Assembly: GCA_028717245.1 (NCBI GenBank)
Contig: JAQUOD010000002.1
Coordinates: 76,772-140,771 of the forward strand
Direction: 5' to 3'
Source of the DNA: Candidatus Omnitrophota bacterium
GTDB taxonomy: Bacteria > Omnitrophota > Gorgyraeia > Gygaellales > Profunditerraquicolaceae
DNA length: 64,000 nt
Shown here: positions 12,301 through 24,300 of the stretch, in pieces
Position numbering within the stretch: the stretch's first letter is position 1
Layout: each line of letters begins with the position of its first letter
Translations under genes and position numbers: made by a program
Notes under the pieces: model-generated
The model's database searches: none
The model's input: the letters and a program-made list of their open reading frames with translations, nothing else
What the model was told of the DNA's origin: nothing

Positions 12301-15300
12301 ACACCAACACCAACGCCTACACCCACTCCGACGCCTTCTAAAATAAAGGGAGTTACCTTATCCACGGTACCCAAAGGGAAAACCGATAAAGACTTAATTC
12401 TCGATTTAGCCTCTGTGGGCGAAGCCAATATTAAATTAATGTCTCAAGCAGGAATAAATACAGTAAGGACCTATTATCCTCCTTCCGGAGACTTATTAGA
12501 TGCCTTTGCCAGATATAATATAAAAGTAATTATAGGATTCCCGAAGGATGATTTGAGAAATATTCTTGAACAGTATAAGGCGGATATTAAAGGAGGCAAA
12601 TACAAAGATTACATAAATCAGTATAAGAATCATCCTGCGGTCTTGATATGGGAGCTGGGTAATGAATATAACCTGCATCCGGAGTGGTTCGGCGGGGATT
12701 TAAACAATTGGTGGTCAATGCTGAAAGACGCAACCACTGTAATCCATAGCATTGATCCTAATCATCGGGTATCCACTACTTTAGGATACGCGAATTTATC
12801 CAGCGATATCCCGCAAGTAGTGGCTGCGGGCGTTGATGTGATTGGCTTAAATTACTATGCAGGGGGGGATAATTATTCAGCTGCGGTTACGGAACTAAGG
12901 GCGCTTACAAATAAACCCATCTATTTTTCCGAAGGCGGGACAGACTCTTACAATAACAGTATAAATAAGGAGAGTCAAGCTGAGCAGGCCCAGGCAGTGG
13001 TAAATATTTGGAATTCAATTAAAGATGCGGATGTTTTGGGGATTACCTTTATGACTTGGCAGGATGAATGGTGGAAATCCGGAAATCCTGCTGCCCAGGA
13101 TATGGGTGGATGGCCTACTCTTGCTGCCTATGATAATTTTATAAACGATGAATGGCTGGGCTGGAAAACTATAGACAAAATACGTAAATTGGTTTTAAAT
13201 GAAATTGCTAAGCTGTGGACAGGGGCGCCTCTGCCAGCAGCGCCTGTTGTTTCACCAATTGTCCTTTCTGGTATCACCACTGGCTCAGCTGTAATTACCT
13301 GGGAAACCGATGGGCCAGCGGATGCGCAGGTAGAATATGGCATCGACACAAGCTATGGTTCAGCCACTACCTTAGATGTTGCTTTAGCCATCAATCACTC
13401 AGTTACTCTCGCAGGCCTTGCCTCCGGCACTACCTATCACTACCGCGTAAAGAGTAAAGATGCCGCAGGAAACTTGTTTACCAGCAATGACTATGTCTTT
13501 AGCACTCTTGCGCCACCTGCTCCGCCTTCAGGCGGCGGCGGTGGTGGTGGAGGCGTAGCACCGATAAACGCAAACAAGCCTCCGGTAATAAAAGATATAC
13601 CGCCACTCAACTTAACTCTCGGCCATAGAAGGCTTCCTATAAACTTAAAGGATTATGTTTCTGATGATACGACCCCCGATTCTGATTTAATCTATAATTT
13701 TAACCCCGCTGATTTAGACCCCGATGTCAACGCTACTTTAACCGGCCCTATCTTAACTATCAGCGCTCCGCCGACTTGGGAAGGGCCGACTTCGCTGGAT
13801 ATCACGGTAACGGATACAGGAAAGGCCTCTGCCTCATATACATTGACGATAAAAGGTAAAGCTAATAAGGCACCGGGAGTAATAAAACCTATACCGCAAT
13901 TAAATTTCTTTACCGATAGGAGAAAAGACAGCAGAGACTTAAAAGATTATTTCTTTGACGAGACTATTGTGTCTCCTTTGACTTACCGCCTTGATAAATC
14001 TTCGTTAAACCCCGATGTCAACGCTACCTTAACCGGTTCTATCCTGACTATCAGCGCCCTACCGAAGTGGGGAGGCACAACTTACCTTAATATTACGGCA
14101 TCAGATACAGAATTAGATACTACATATAAGTTAACGATAACCGGCGAGGCTAATAACCCGCCGGTAATAAGAACAATGCCGCCAATCGCCGTCTTCGCTG
14201 TCGGCAATAAATGGCCCGGCATAAACTTAGAGCAATATGTTTCTGATAAAAACACTGCAGCGTCCAAATTAAGCTACGAAATCATTAATCCCCAAAGGAT
14301 AGACTCCCGCTTGAACGCAACTATTGATGGCAGCCATATTTTACATATTTCTACCTCGGCCAATTGGAAAGGCACAAGCAGCGTTACGCTTAGAATAGGC
14401 GACGGGGAATTGTCAACTGACTGTACTTTAAATGTTTCTGTTAACACCGAAATCCCGGCTCCCACGCCTACGCCTAATCCGATACTTCAGCCTGTTGTTG
14501 ATTTATGGCAGAATACCTGGGTTAAAGTAACTGTGGCAGTAGTAGGGGTAGCCGTTGTATTTAGTATTATCCTTGCTTTCTTAATGAGGATAAGGAAACA
14601 GGGTGGAAATGTTACTGCTTTAGGTTCAATGATTGCCGGCTTAAGTTTCATTGCTGCTGGAGTTCTGGCAGGCTTATTTATTCCTGTCGTCGGTCTCATT
14701 GTGGGCGGGCTACTGGGCGCCGCAGGAGCCTTCTTCATCGCCCAGGCAATGGCAATTGTTTATGCCTTTGTAAAGCAAGGCGGAATCAGGGGCCAGCCGC
14801 GGTATAAGTATCTTACTACTCCTATTGCCCAGCCTACTTATCGCCATCTCGCCTTCAAATATTTGCCAATAATATTCAGAATCTCCATTAACCGCCACGA
14901 ACGGACCCACTTTAAACACAAAAGTGAGATAAGGGCTTACCTTAACCAGGCCTTATATCTAATACCAGATGCTATTAAATCTACGAAAGAATCCATAAAG
15001 GAATCCGCAAAAGAAGCCTTGAAAGGTAAGCCTACCTTTATAGGTAACTTAGCTCTTAGGATTGCATTAACCGAAGATTATTTACCGCGGTTCAGCAGGA
15101 GAGAGGTAATTGCCATACCAGTTGTAGCTGTAATAATTGCTGGCGCAGCAATTCCAGCTATAGTTCAGACTGTTGAAGCGAAGGAAGAATCCGAAGTAGT
15201 TGTTTTTGTTTTGGATAGCGGAGAATATTTTGATTGGCAAGATGCGGTAACGGTTATACTTAAGGATGAGTCTAAGAATATACCGGTTGAAGATACCATG

Positions 15301-18300
15301 AATAAAGTTCATGGTAGCATTGTAACGAAAATTATTAAAGATGCTTGCAGTGGTGCGAAGATAATTTACAAAAATGTTGGCGTAATTAGACCTTCTATAT
15401 ATATGCCGAATGAGAAAAAGTTTATTATCCCCGGTTTTACAGTATCTGTTGTGAAATATCTAACGGAATTAATAGACATTTTAGACTATGTCAAAGTTCA
15501 TCCGCAGGAAAAAATATTAGTTAATATGAGTTTCGGTAATTATGAATACGATCCTTTAGAGTACGCAGTCATAGAAACTCTCGCAGAAAAGGGAGTGATA
15601 TTTGTAGCGGCAGCAGGTAACGATGATACTGACGAGCCTATGTATCCTGCTGCATATGAAGAGGTGATTAGTGTTGCTGCCGCAGGCGATAAATCTAAAG
15701 CGGAATATTCAAATTACGGAGAGACTGTGGATATAATGGCAAGAGGTAAATTTGAGGCAGAAATATTACCCGGGATGGGAATTACATTTGGATTTGCAGG
15801 AACTTCTATGGCAGCTCCTCGAGTGACTGGTTTATTAGCCAGTATGCTTATGGAGAATCCTGAGATTTCTGCTCAAGAGGCAAAGGGGATAATTTTAAAA
15901 ACAGCAGATCCTATGAGTGATCCGCTCTATAAAAAAGGCATGTTAGGAGCGGGGATAATAGATAGCGATGAAGCATTATATGAAACTTCAGAAATAGTAT
16001 TTTTTAGACGGTATCCATCCGGTGTAATTAAGAGTTGGGTAGCACAAGGGAACAGCATATATTCTGTATTCTTATCGCCTGATGGAACAAAATTAGCCCT
16101 GGTTTACAAGGATAAAAATATAGAAATCATTGATTTTGCTAGTGGAAATGTTAAGGTTACCAATGAACGTGCCGATTACGCAAGTCCCATCGCCTTTTTA
16201 CCTCAAGGAGAAACGTTATTCTTTATTAGTAATAAATCTGTAAAGATTATGGATCTCGCTACGGAAGAAGTTAGAACTATGGATGTGCCTAGAGGATATA
16301 TAAGCGATATCGCCTTCTCGCCCGATGGAAATAAACTTGCGTTGAGATTAGGAATAGAGGATAAAATCGATATTTTAGATCTTGCTACCGCAAAGTTGGA
16401 AACCATCGCTATTCCATCAAGCATTATTAGTATCGTATTTTCTCCTGACGGAGCTAATCTGGTAACAAGCTGTTATAATGGGAGTATATATGTTTATGAT
16501 TTAAATGCCGGAAAGGTTAAAGAACTGATAGGATATGAGGATACTTTTGATTTAGTATTTTCCATGGCCTTCTCGCGTGACGGAACTAAATTAGCCTTGG
16601 GTCATGGTACGGGTAATATAACTGTTTTAGACCTAAATGCAATAACGGCTAAAGTGCTAAAAGGGCATATAGATTCAATAAATACTATTGCTTTCTCCGC
16701 GGATGGGGCAAAATTAGTTTCAGGTAGCGTAGATAAAACTATAAGGATTTGGGATTTTAATAAAGAAGAAACCGAGACAATAAGAGATACTAATGAAATT
16801 CTTGCTGTTTTTTTATCGTCCGATGGTAATACGTTGATATCAGCGACCGGAAAAAACGTCAGAGCGTGGGATTATAAAAATATTAAAGCGTCAATAGATA
16901 AATTTAATTATTCTGAAAGACCATTCAGTTTTTTAGAGAGATCTTACATCCTTTCTTGGTGGGAGGGGCTAATATTTTCTGTTTCATCTTGGTGGGAGGG
17001 GCTATCTCTTGGGATACAGGTTTTAATAGTTTCTATCGGTCTCATAATACTTCTTGTAATAATAGATGAGTTAAATAATAGAAATTCTGAAAAAAACGTT
17101 TCTGCAAGAGGCTCTCTTATGGCAGGAATGGCTGCTTGGGTAGCCACAGGTATTATTTTAACTATACCTTTTATTTGGTCAATGATTCCTATGGTAGTAA
17201 TTCTTCCTGTTGTTTTATCGTTGTTTAGTTTCGGAGCTATATTCATCTACAAAGGGATAAGGATTTGGTTAACTAAGGCAGAGGCGAGCCGTGCGCCACC
17301 CACAAAAAAACAGCTTGAAGAATTAAAGAAAAGGATTGGAACTGGTTATAATCTAACGCTTCTTCCCCACGATGGTAGAACCGCCATCGCCTATGTTAAT
17401 AATAAGCGAGTACATATTGACCTATCTCGCTTCTATTATCTCTCCACTCTGATTCAAAAATCTATTCTTGCCCACGAGCAAGCCCATCTTAGAGGCCATG
17501 GCGAAATAATAGCATATTTTAACCAGGCCTTATATTTTATAACCAATATAATCAAAGATATTAAATGGTTACGTAAAGCCTACGACACGTTAAGTAAAAT
17601 AAGAATAAGAATACCTTGGCAAATACCCATCATTAGTAGCTTCATTACTTTGTTTGTATATGGCCTATTCGTATTTTGTAAAGGTGTCCTTGGCGTCATA
17701 CTCTATAACCTCGAGATATCTTTTATTAATGTTTACGCTAATTTATCTTATAGTACTGTTATCAGAGAGCTTACTCTTATTGATGTAGGGAGAGCCATTA
17801 AATCAATTGGATCTCTTCTCGCTCCCGTTACTGCAACCGTGAATTTCCTCTTTCCCTTTGCAATGGCAGGAATAGTAATACTTATGGTCGTTACATTCAT
17901 TGCAAAATGCCAGGATATTTATATCGGTTTACCTAAAGCCCATGTTTTCCATAAGGCACAAAAGCCATTGGTTAACCTCTATTTATCCTTAGAAGGGGAG
18001 AATTTAGAAAATAAGGTACAAGAAGAAATAAAAGATTTACGAGAACAGGTAGAAAATAAACAGATTTCATTAGGAGAGGTTTATTGGCGGGTAGCGAATA
18101 TATGCGAAGGAGCACTTAAAGAAAGAGACAGGGTAAAGAAGGACGCACAAAAAGAAGGAAAAGCTGGCGCAGCTTCTACGTTTGAAAACTGGAACGAGAC
18201 ACAAATAAAAGCTATAGAGCAAATCTGGCAGGATATTCAGGGGGCAGAGGAAGGCAATATTAGCAATATAAGTAAACTTGCCTATGAATTGATAATGTCC

Positions 18301-21300
18301 GGCGGCAAAACAGAATTAGCTTTCTTCATTTTAACATTATGGTATGTAGCAAAGAGTTATTTAGGCCTTGATAAAATAATTTATACCAGCTGCAACGAAA
18401 ATGCAGTAGAAGCTGATTTCGAGGCATTAAAAAAGGCATTTGAGATTATTAATATAAATGTTAACAAAAGATTAAAAGAGAAAGCAGATGAGCGGGATTT
18501 GAATGAATATGCCGCAGACGCCATTACCTTTGTCCCTTATCAGGTCTTCTCGATTGACTGGGAGAGGCATTCAATGGATACCAATCCAGTGATTAATACG
18601 GCAAAAACAGCGTTGCTGGGCTTAGAGTTTGATGCGCTCTTTGATGACCTATTTACTCCTCAGATTCTCTTAGGGGATCCCATCGGGCCGAGCGATATTT
18701 CAGACACTCAACATAAAGAAGTAATAAAAGAAGCAGTCTATTCTTATGCTGAGATACAAAGAATATATTCATTTGTCAAGGGAGAGCTTGAATGTGGAAG
18801 GGATTTTATAGTCAGGCAGTACGCTGATAAAGATGCAGAGGCGGAATCAGAAGGCGCGCGTTTTGAAACGCATTATATTGAGATTACAGAGGAAGGTTTA
18901 GACTTAATATTTAAAAAACTCGGGAATGATAACCGTTATGTAGCTTTGGTGAAAGGCTGTTTAGATGCAATGTACCTTTATCATCAAGGCATACATTATG
19001 TCACAAAGGCGGATGGCCTTCAATTAATACATACGCCTACAGGCCAGATTTTTGAAAATCGCCAATTACAGGACATCAATGTCTGGTTTGCGCTTTATGT
19101 AAAAGAAGGTTTATTCCAAGATAACCTTACGTCGGAGAATATGCGGATAGTCCTAAGTAGTTATTCCGAAACCAAGGATTATAGCAATCTTTTTTCTCTA
19201 TTGGATGCAATGGGTTTAGTCTGGGGCTTAAGCGGGACCTTGGAGCAGGCCCTTTTGGAGCAATTTGGCTATAGCGTAAAAATTATTGATGGCCAAGAAA
19301 TTGAAAAGGCAAGAAGAGGAGCGACCAAGGAAGAGCCCGCCCTGTTATATGCAGGAAAAAATTTCGCTATAGGAAAAGTAATTTTCGAGGCTAAAAAACG
19401 TGCCGACAAGAAAGAACGGGTAGTCATTTATGTGGAGGATGTAGAGAGTGCCGAAGAATTAGAGAAAAGATTTAGAGAACTTGGCATAATAGCGAATTGC
19501 TTAACTCAGGAAATGAGCCCGAAACAGATATCGGAGGTAGTAAAGAATGTCGCAGGTAGGAAGGAAGAGATTACTATTATTACTTCTTCTTCCAGCCGCA
19601 ATACCAACTTCAAATTAATTCTCGACGAGGATCACGGGGAATCAGAGGATTCCGAGTCGGCCATATTTAATTTCCTTATTCTCGGCGGAAGGGATGTCTG
19701 GCGCTGGCAGAGACAGCTTTTAGCGCGTATCCCGCGTTTGACAGGCTATAACGAAGGAATATACCATTTCGATCCTGCGCGAATTAAGAAATTCTATTAT
19801 TTAGAGCAAAGCCTATTCCAGAAATATCCTTCTGTGGCAGAGGAATTAAAGAAAACATTGCGAGGCAGAGAGAAATTAGAATTGGACTCTTTCTCTCATG
19901 AAGCAAGGTGCGCAGATAGCCTTATAGAAAGCATAATGGATATGGCAACTACGGATTATAACCAGCAGTTAGCAGAGCAGAGGATAGTGGAGAAGCCGCT
20001 TACTGTATTAAGGAATGAGTTTATTACAAGGCGGAATGAGCTTGATGACGATAGCCAGAAATTATTAGATGAGGCCTGGAGATTATTCTTAGCGAAAGTA
20101 GAAGATTTAAGGATTCTTCTGAGCGTGCCTTCAGCAAGCAAAGAAGCAACGATAGGCTATTGGGCGGTTCAACTACAAGAGGCGTTTGATAATACGGTAA
20201 TGAAGGCATATAGAGGAGAGGAATTAGAGAAAGAGAAACCCGTAGAAATCGTTGAGGATATATACGGGAGAGAAGTCGTGCCGGGTAGATTAGGGCGATG
20301 GTTAAAAGAATGTGTAATAGAAGCTTTGCGGGGAAGACCCAATCTTATAGGTAAATTAGTTGTTCGGTTATATATTTTATATAAAAATTTTGCAGCAGGT
20401 TTAAAACGTATGGTGCCCTCTTTGTCCTGGTCAACGGCAGGCACAACGGGAATAGCAGTAGTGATAGTGATTAGCGCCGTGGCTAGTACTGGCACACAAA
20501 ATGTTTATGCTCAGTCAAATAACAAAGTTAAAGTTGAAGGTTATCAATTATTAGTGGATGGCAAGCCGTATCAGATTAAAGGCATTACCTATAGCCCTGC
20601 CGGAAAAGGCACGCAGGGAGGCCAGTTCAGCCAATGGTATGAGAAGGATATCCCCTTGATGCAGGCAGCAGGGATAAATACTATCCGCACTTATGGAATT
20701 ATAACTGATAAAAATGTTTTAAAAGCATTTGCCGATGCAGGGATAAAAGTGATTGTAGGTTTTGATAATGCAAAAGATATAGCGACAGGCAACTATAAGG
20801 GTTATATAACCGAACACAAGGATGACCCGGCAATCCTAATGTGGGAATTCGGCAATGAATATAATTATCATCCGGAATGGTTTAGCGGAAATATTGATAC
20901 TTGGTATAACGCCTTAGAGCAGGCTGCCCAGGCCGCCCATAAATTAGACCCTAATCATCCGGTTTCAACTGCTCACGGAGAGGTGCCCGGTAAAGATATA
21001 GTACAAAAGGTTCCTTCGGTTGATGTCTGGGGAATGAATATCTATCGAGGCCAGTCTATCCAATCCGCGCTCTCCCAGTGGGCAAGCCTCTGCGATGAGC
21101 TCGGGATCACCAAGCCAATGTATGTTTCGGAGACAGGCACGGATTCTTTTAATAACTCTAAAGATGCGATAGATGAAGAGGCGCAGGCAGAGGCAACAGA
21201 GAATCTTTGGAGCCAGATAGACGGCTCAAGTAGTATCCATAATTCTAAGAATCCTTCTTTAGGAGTTACTTTTATGGAATGGAATGACGAATGGTGGAAG

Positions 21301-24300
21301 TCAGGAAGCCCTTCAACACAAGATAAAGGTGGTTTTGCGTTTAGCGTAGCCAGTGATAGCTTTGGTAATGAGGAATACTGGGGTTTTGTTGATATAGATA
21401 GAAAACCCAGATTGGTTTTAACTGAAATGGGTAATCTTTGGAAAGTGAAAGAAGCGGTTACGCCTGAACCTCAAGTTTCTCCTACGCCTGCAAGAGCGCC
21501 GCCTGTTACGCCAACACCTACGCCTACGGTTACATCTACACCGTCTCCAACCATAACCGCCGAGACACCAAGCCCGACACCCACTACCGCAGTAATTCCG
21601 GAAAAGACGACAGGGATCAAAGAAGAAATCAGTACGTGGGATAAGATATTAGATACTTTTAGAGAGATATTTAGTTGGGGTAACGCCGTTACTCAAACCT
21701 ATAACGGCGCTGAATTTGCTCCGGCTCCTACGTCGACACCTACGCCAACCATCAAACCCACACCTACGCCGACGCCTAAGCCTACCTTGACTGTGGGAGA
21801 AGTAATCGGCCAGAAAGACGTAAAGGGATTACAGTATCCTGTAACGCTGGAGACCGTAATTGCTATAGAAAAAGCGAAGCAGGTTTACATAGCCAGGCAA
21901 AAGGCGCTGGATGATCCCAACATCTGGGCTTATATTGAAAAAGATAACGATAACAATGATTACCCGGATGAACTGATTATCTTGAATAAGGCAGCTTATA
22001 ATGAGCTTTTGGAAAATAAGAAATTAAATCAAGAGGCGATAACTACCAAAGAAGGCGGCCTCCCCATCTATTATAAGATAACCTTAAAAGATACTGGCGA
22101 AGAGGTTCATTTTACGCCGGTAGGCGCAGAAGAAGAATTCACTCAAGCCGCTTCAGCCTTAGAAATCACTAAGGCAGCCAATGAGTCCTGGTTGAATTTT
22201 GATACCTACCCGGCATATATCACACAAGATACTAACGGCGACAGGCGGCCGGATATCGCGATTAAGCTTACCAAGAAAGACCTGCAATACCTTATTAATA
22301 ACGGGCTCCTCTTTTCAGAGCCGATAAATGATGCCCAAGGGAAGCTCTTATATTATAAGGTAACCTTAAGATATAATGCGACCTTGCCGGCAGGAGATGC
22401 CCTGAAAGCCGGTAGTGAGGTGCACTCCACCACGGATAAGGCGTTGATGGAGTTTCTTTCCGATGACCTGAAGGAGAGTCAAACAAGCATCCAGAATTTC
22501 CTGAATACTTTGGCTGGTGACAGGGCCGCAATCATAAATTTCCTGAATACTTTAGCTAACGATAAGGCCTTAATGCAAAACTTCCTAAATGCCTTAGCTA
22601 ACGACAAGGTCTTAATGCAGAATTTCCTGAATACTTTAGCTAACGATAAGGCAATAATGGAGGCCTTTGCAGCTACCTTAGCCAACGACAAAGTAGCTAT
22701 AATGTCATTTATAGACGCCGCCAATAACGGAGTTACTGATACCCAAAGGCTTCTCCAAGATGCAAGAGCAGGCGTAGGGGCAGCTCAAGCTAAAATTACT
22801 GACGCCCAAACAGAAATGGCCAAGTATGCTGACACTACTAACCCTGAAAACTACTCTATGTATCAATACTGGAATATGGTTACTTATATAAGGACAGCAG
22901 GAGGGGCAATCATACGTGCCGGTAATAATGTCAGTATTGTGGATATCAATGGCTCGGTAATATACGCTAATCCATTTGACTATAGAATGTATGTATCTGA
23001 AGGGACAAGCTATGAGCCGGGCTTAAACGGAGCGAATTGTTACGTAACCCTGATGCAGAAAGGCGGCTATATAGAAAGAGTTTCACAATATCAGATAGCT
23101 TATCATGAAGTTTCAGGCGGCGCGGTTAATTTGATTGGTTATGGAGGGTTTTCCGGAGGCACGCTTAATGTAGGCGAGAGCGTGGCTATGACCGGCGTGG
23201 ATGTTGCTAAAGCTTTCTTGAATTATATGACTAAGGGCGGGAATATGAAAGTTATGAATGACAAAGTTGTTGCCCTGAATATATTCGGTATGGGCACAGT
23301 TTATGCGCCGGCAGGGCTTAAAGTTGTTGCTTATCCTGATAACACAGCCGGGTTAGAGGGAATTAATAATATGATAGATGCTATGAATAACGATTATTCA
23401 TTTGAGGTCCAGGGCGATTTAGTAAAGTGGACAGTGCTGAATGTGGTTTCGGGCAAGGTAAGCACTTTTTCTGTTCCCGTATCCGCTACTATTGATGCCG
23501 CCCATACATTCCCCAAGACCGGCGGCTTAGGCGCGGTAAATAATATTATTACTGCTATGAATAATAATTATAGCTTTGTGGTGGGCGCTGACAATGTCAA
23601 ATGGGTGTCAGTAGATCCGGCTACGGGCAAGGTTTCCATCTTCTATACCGCAAAGACAGCAGCTGATGCGAGTCACCAGTTTCCCTCCAGCGGCGGCTTA
23701 GGCGCGATTGATAATATAGCTGTTGCCTTGCAGAATAGCTACGGTATGCATATAGTTGGCGACAGCGTCAGATGGGTAGTGGTGGACGTAAACACAGGTA
23801 ATATTATTGCTACTTTCTACACCGTCAATGTCCCTGCTGCTAATGTTGACGCAGCGCATCAGTATCCGTCTTCCGGCGGCTTGGCGGCACTTGACAAGCT
23901 ACCCATTGCCTTACAGAATAGCTACGCTATGGATATATCGGGCGACGTAGTCAGATGGAGAGTCGTGGATGTAGGTTCTGGAAATCTGGTTGCATCCTTC
24001 TATACAGCCGCGACTTCTGTTGTAAGCTCAAATCCATTACCGTCTTCCGGCGGCTTGGCGGCAATTGACAGGATACCATCTGCCTTACAAGGCAGTTATA
24101 CTATTACGCCGCTTGGCGGGGACAGCGTCAGATGGACATTATGGGATATGAAAACAGGATATGCCAATAGCTTTTTCTTTACGGCCTCAATCTATAGCGG
24201 TGACTCTGCGCATCAATTCCCGCGAAGCGGCGGCTTGGCTGTTATTAATAACCTGCTTTACGCCTTAGAAAATACTTATGTGCGGGAAGATTTAGTTGAT

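Noticed and set aside
11260-20515. Junction cassettes as evidence that separate genes were joined by frameshift or assembly errors
   Set aside because: This cannot be fully excluded without reads. Each junction is in frame with both neighbours and there are no stop codons. It is reported as a finding, not used to split the CDS.
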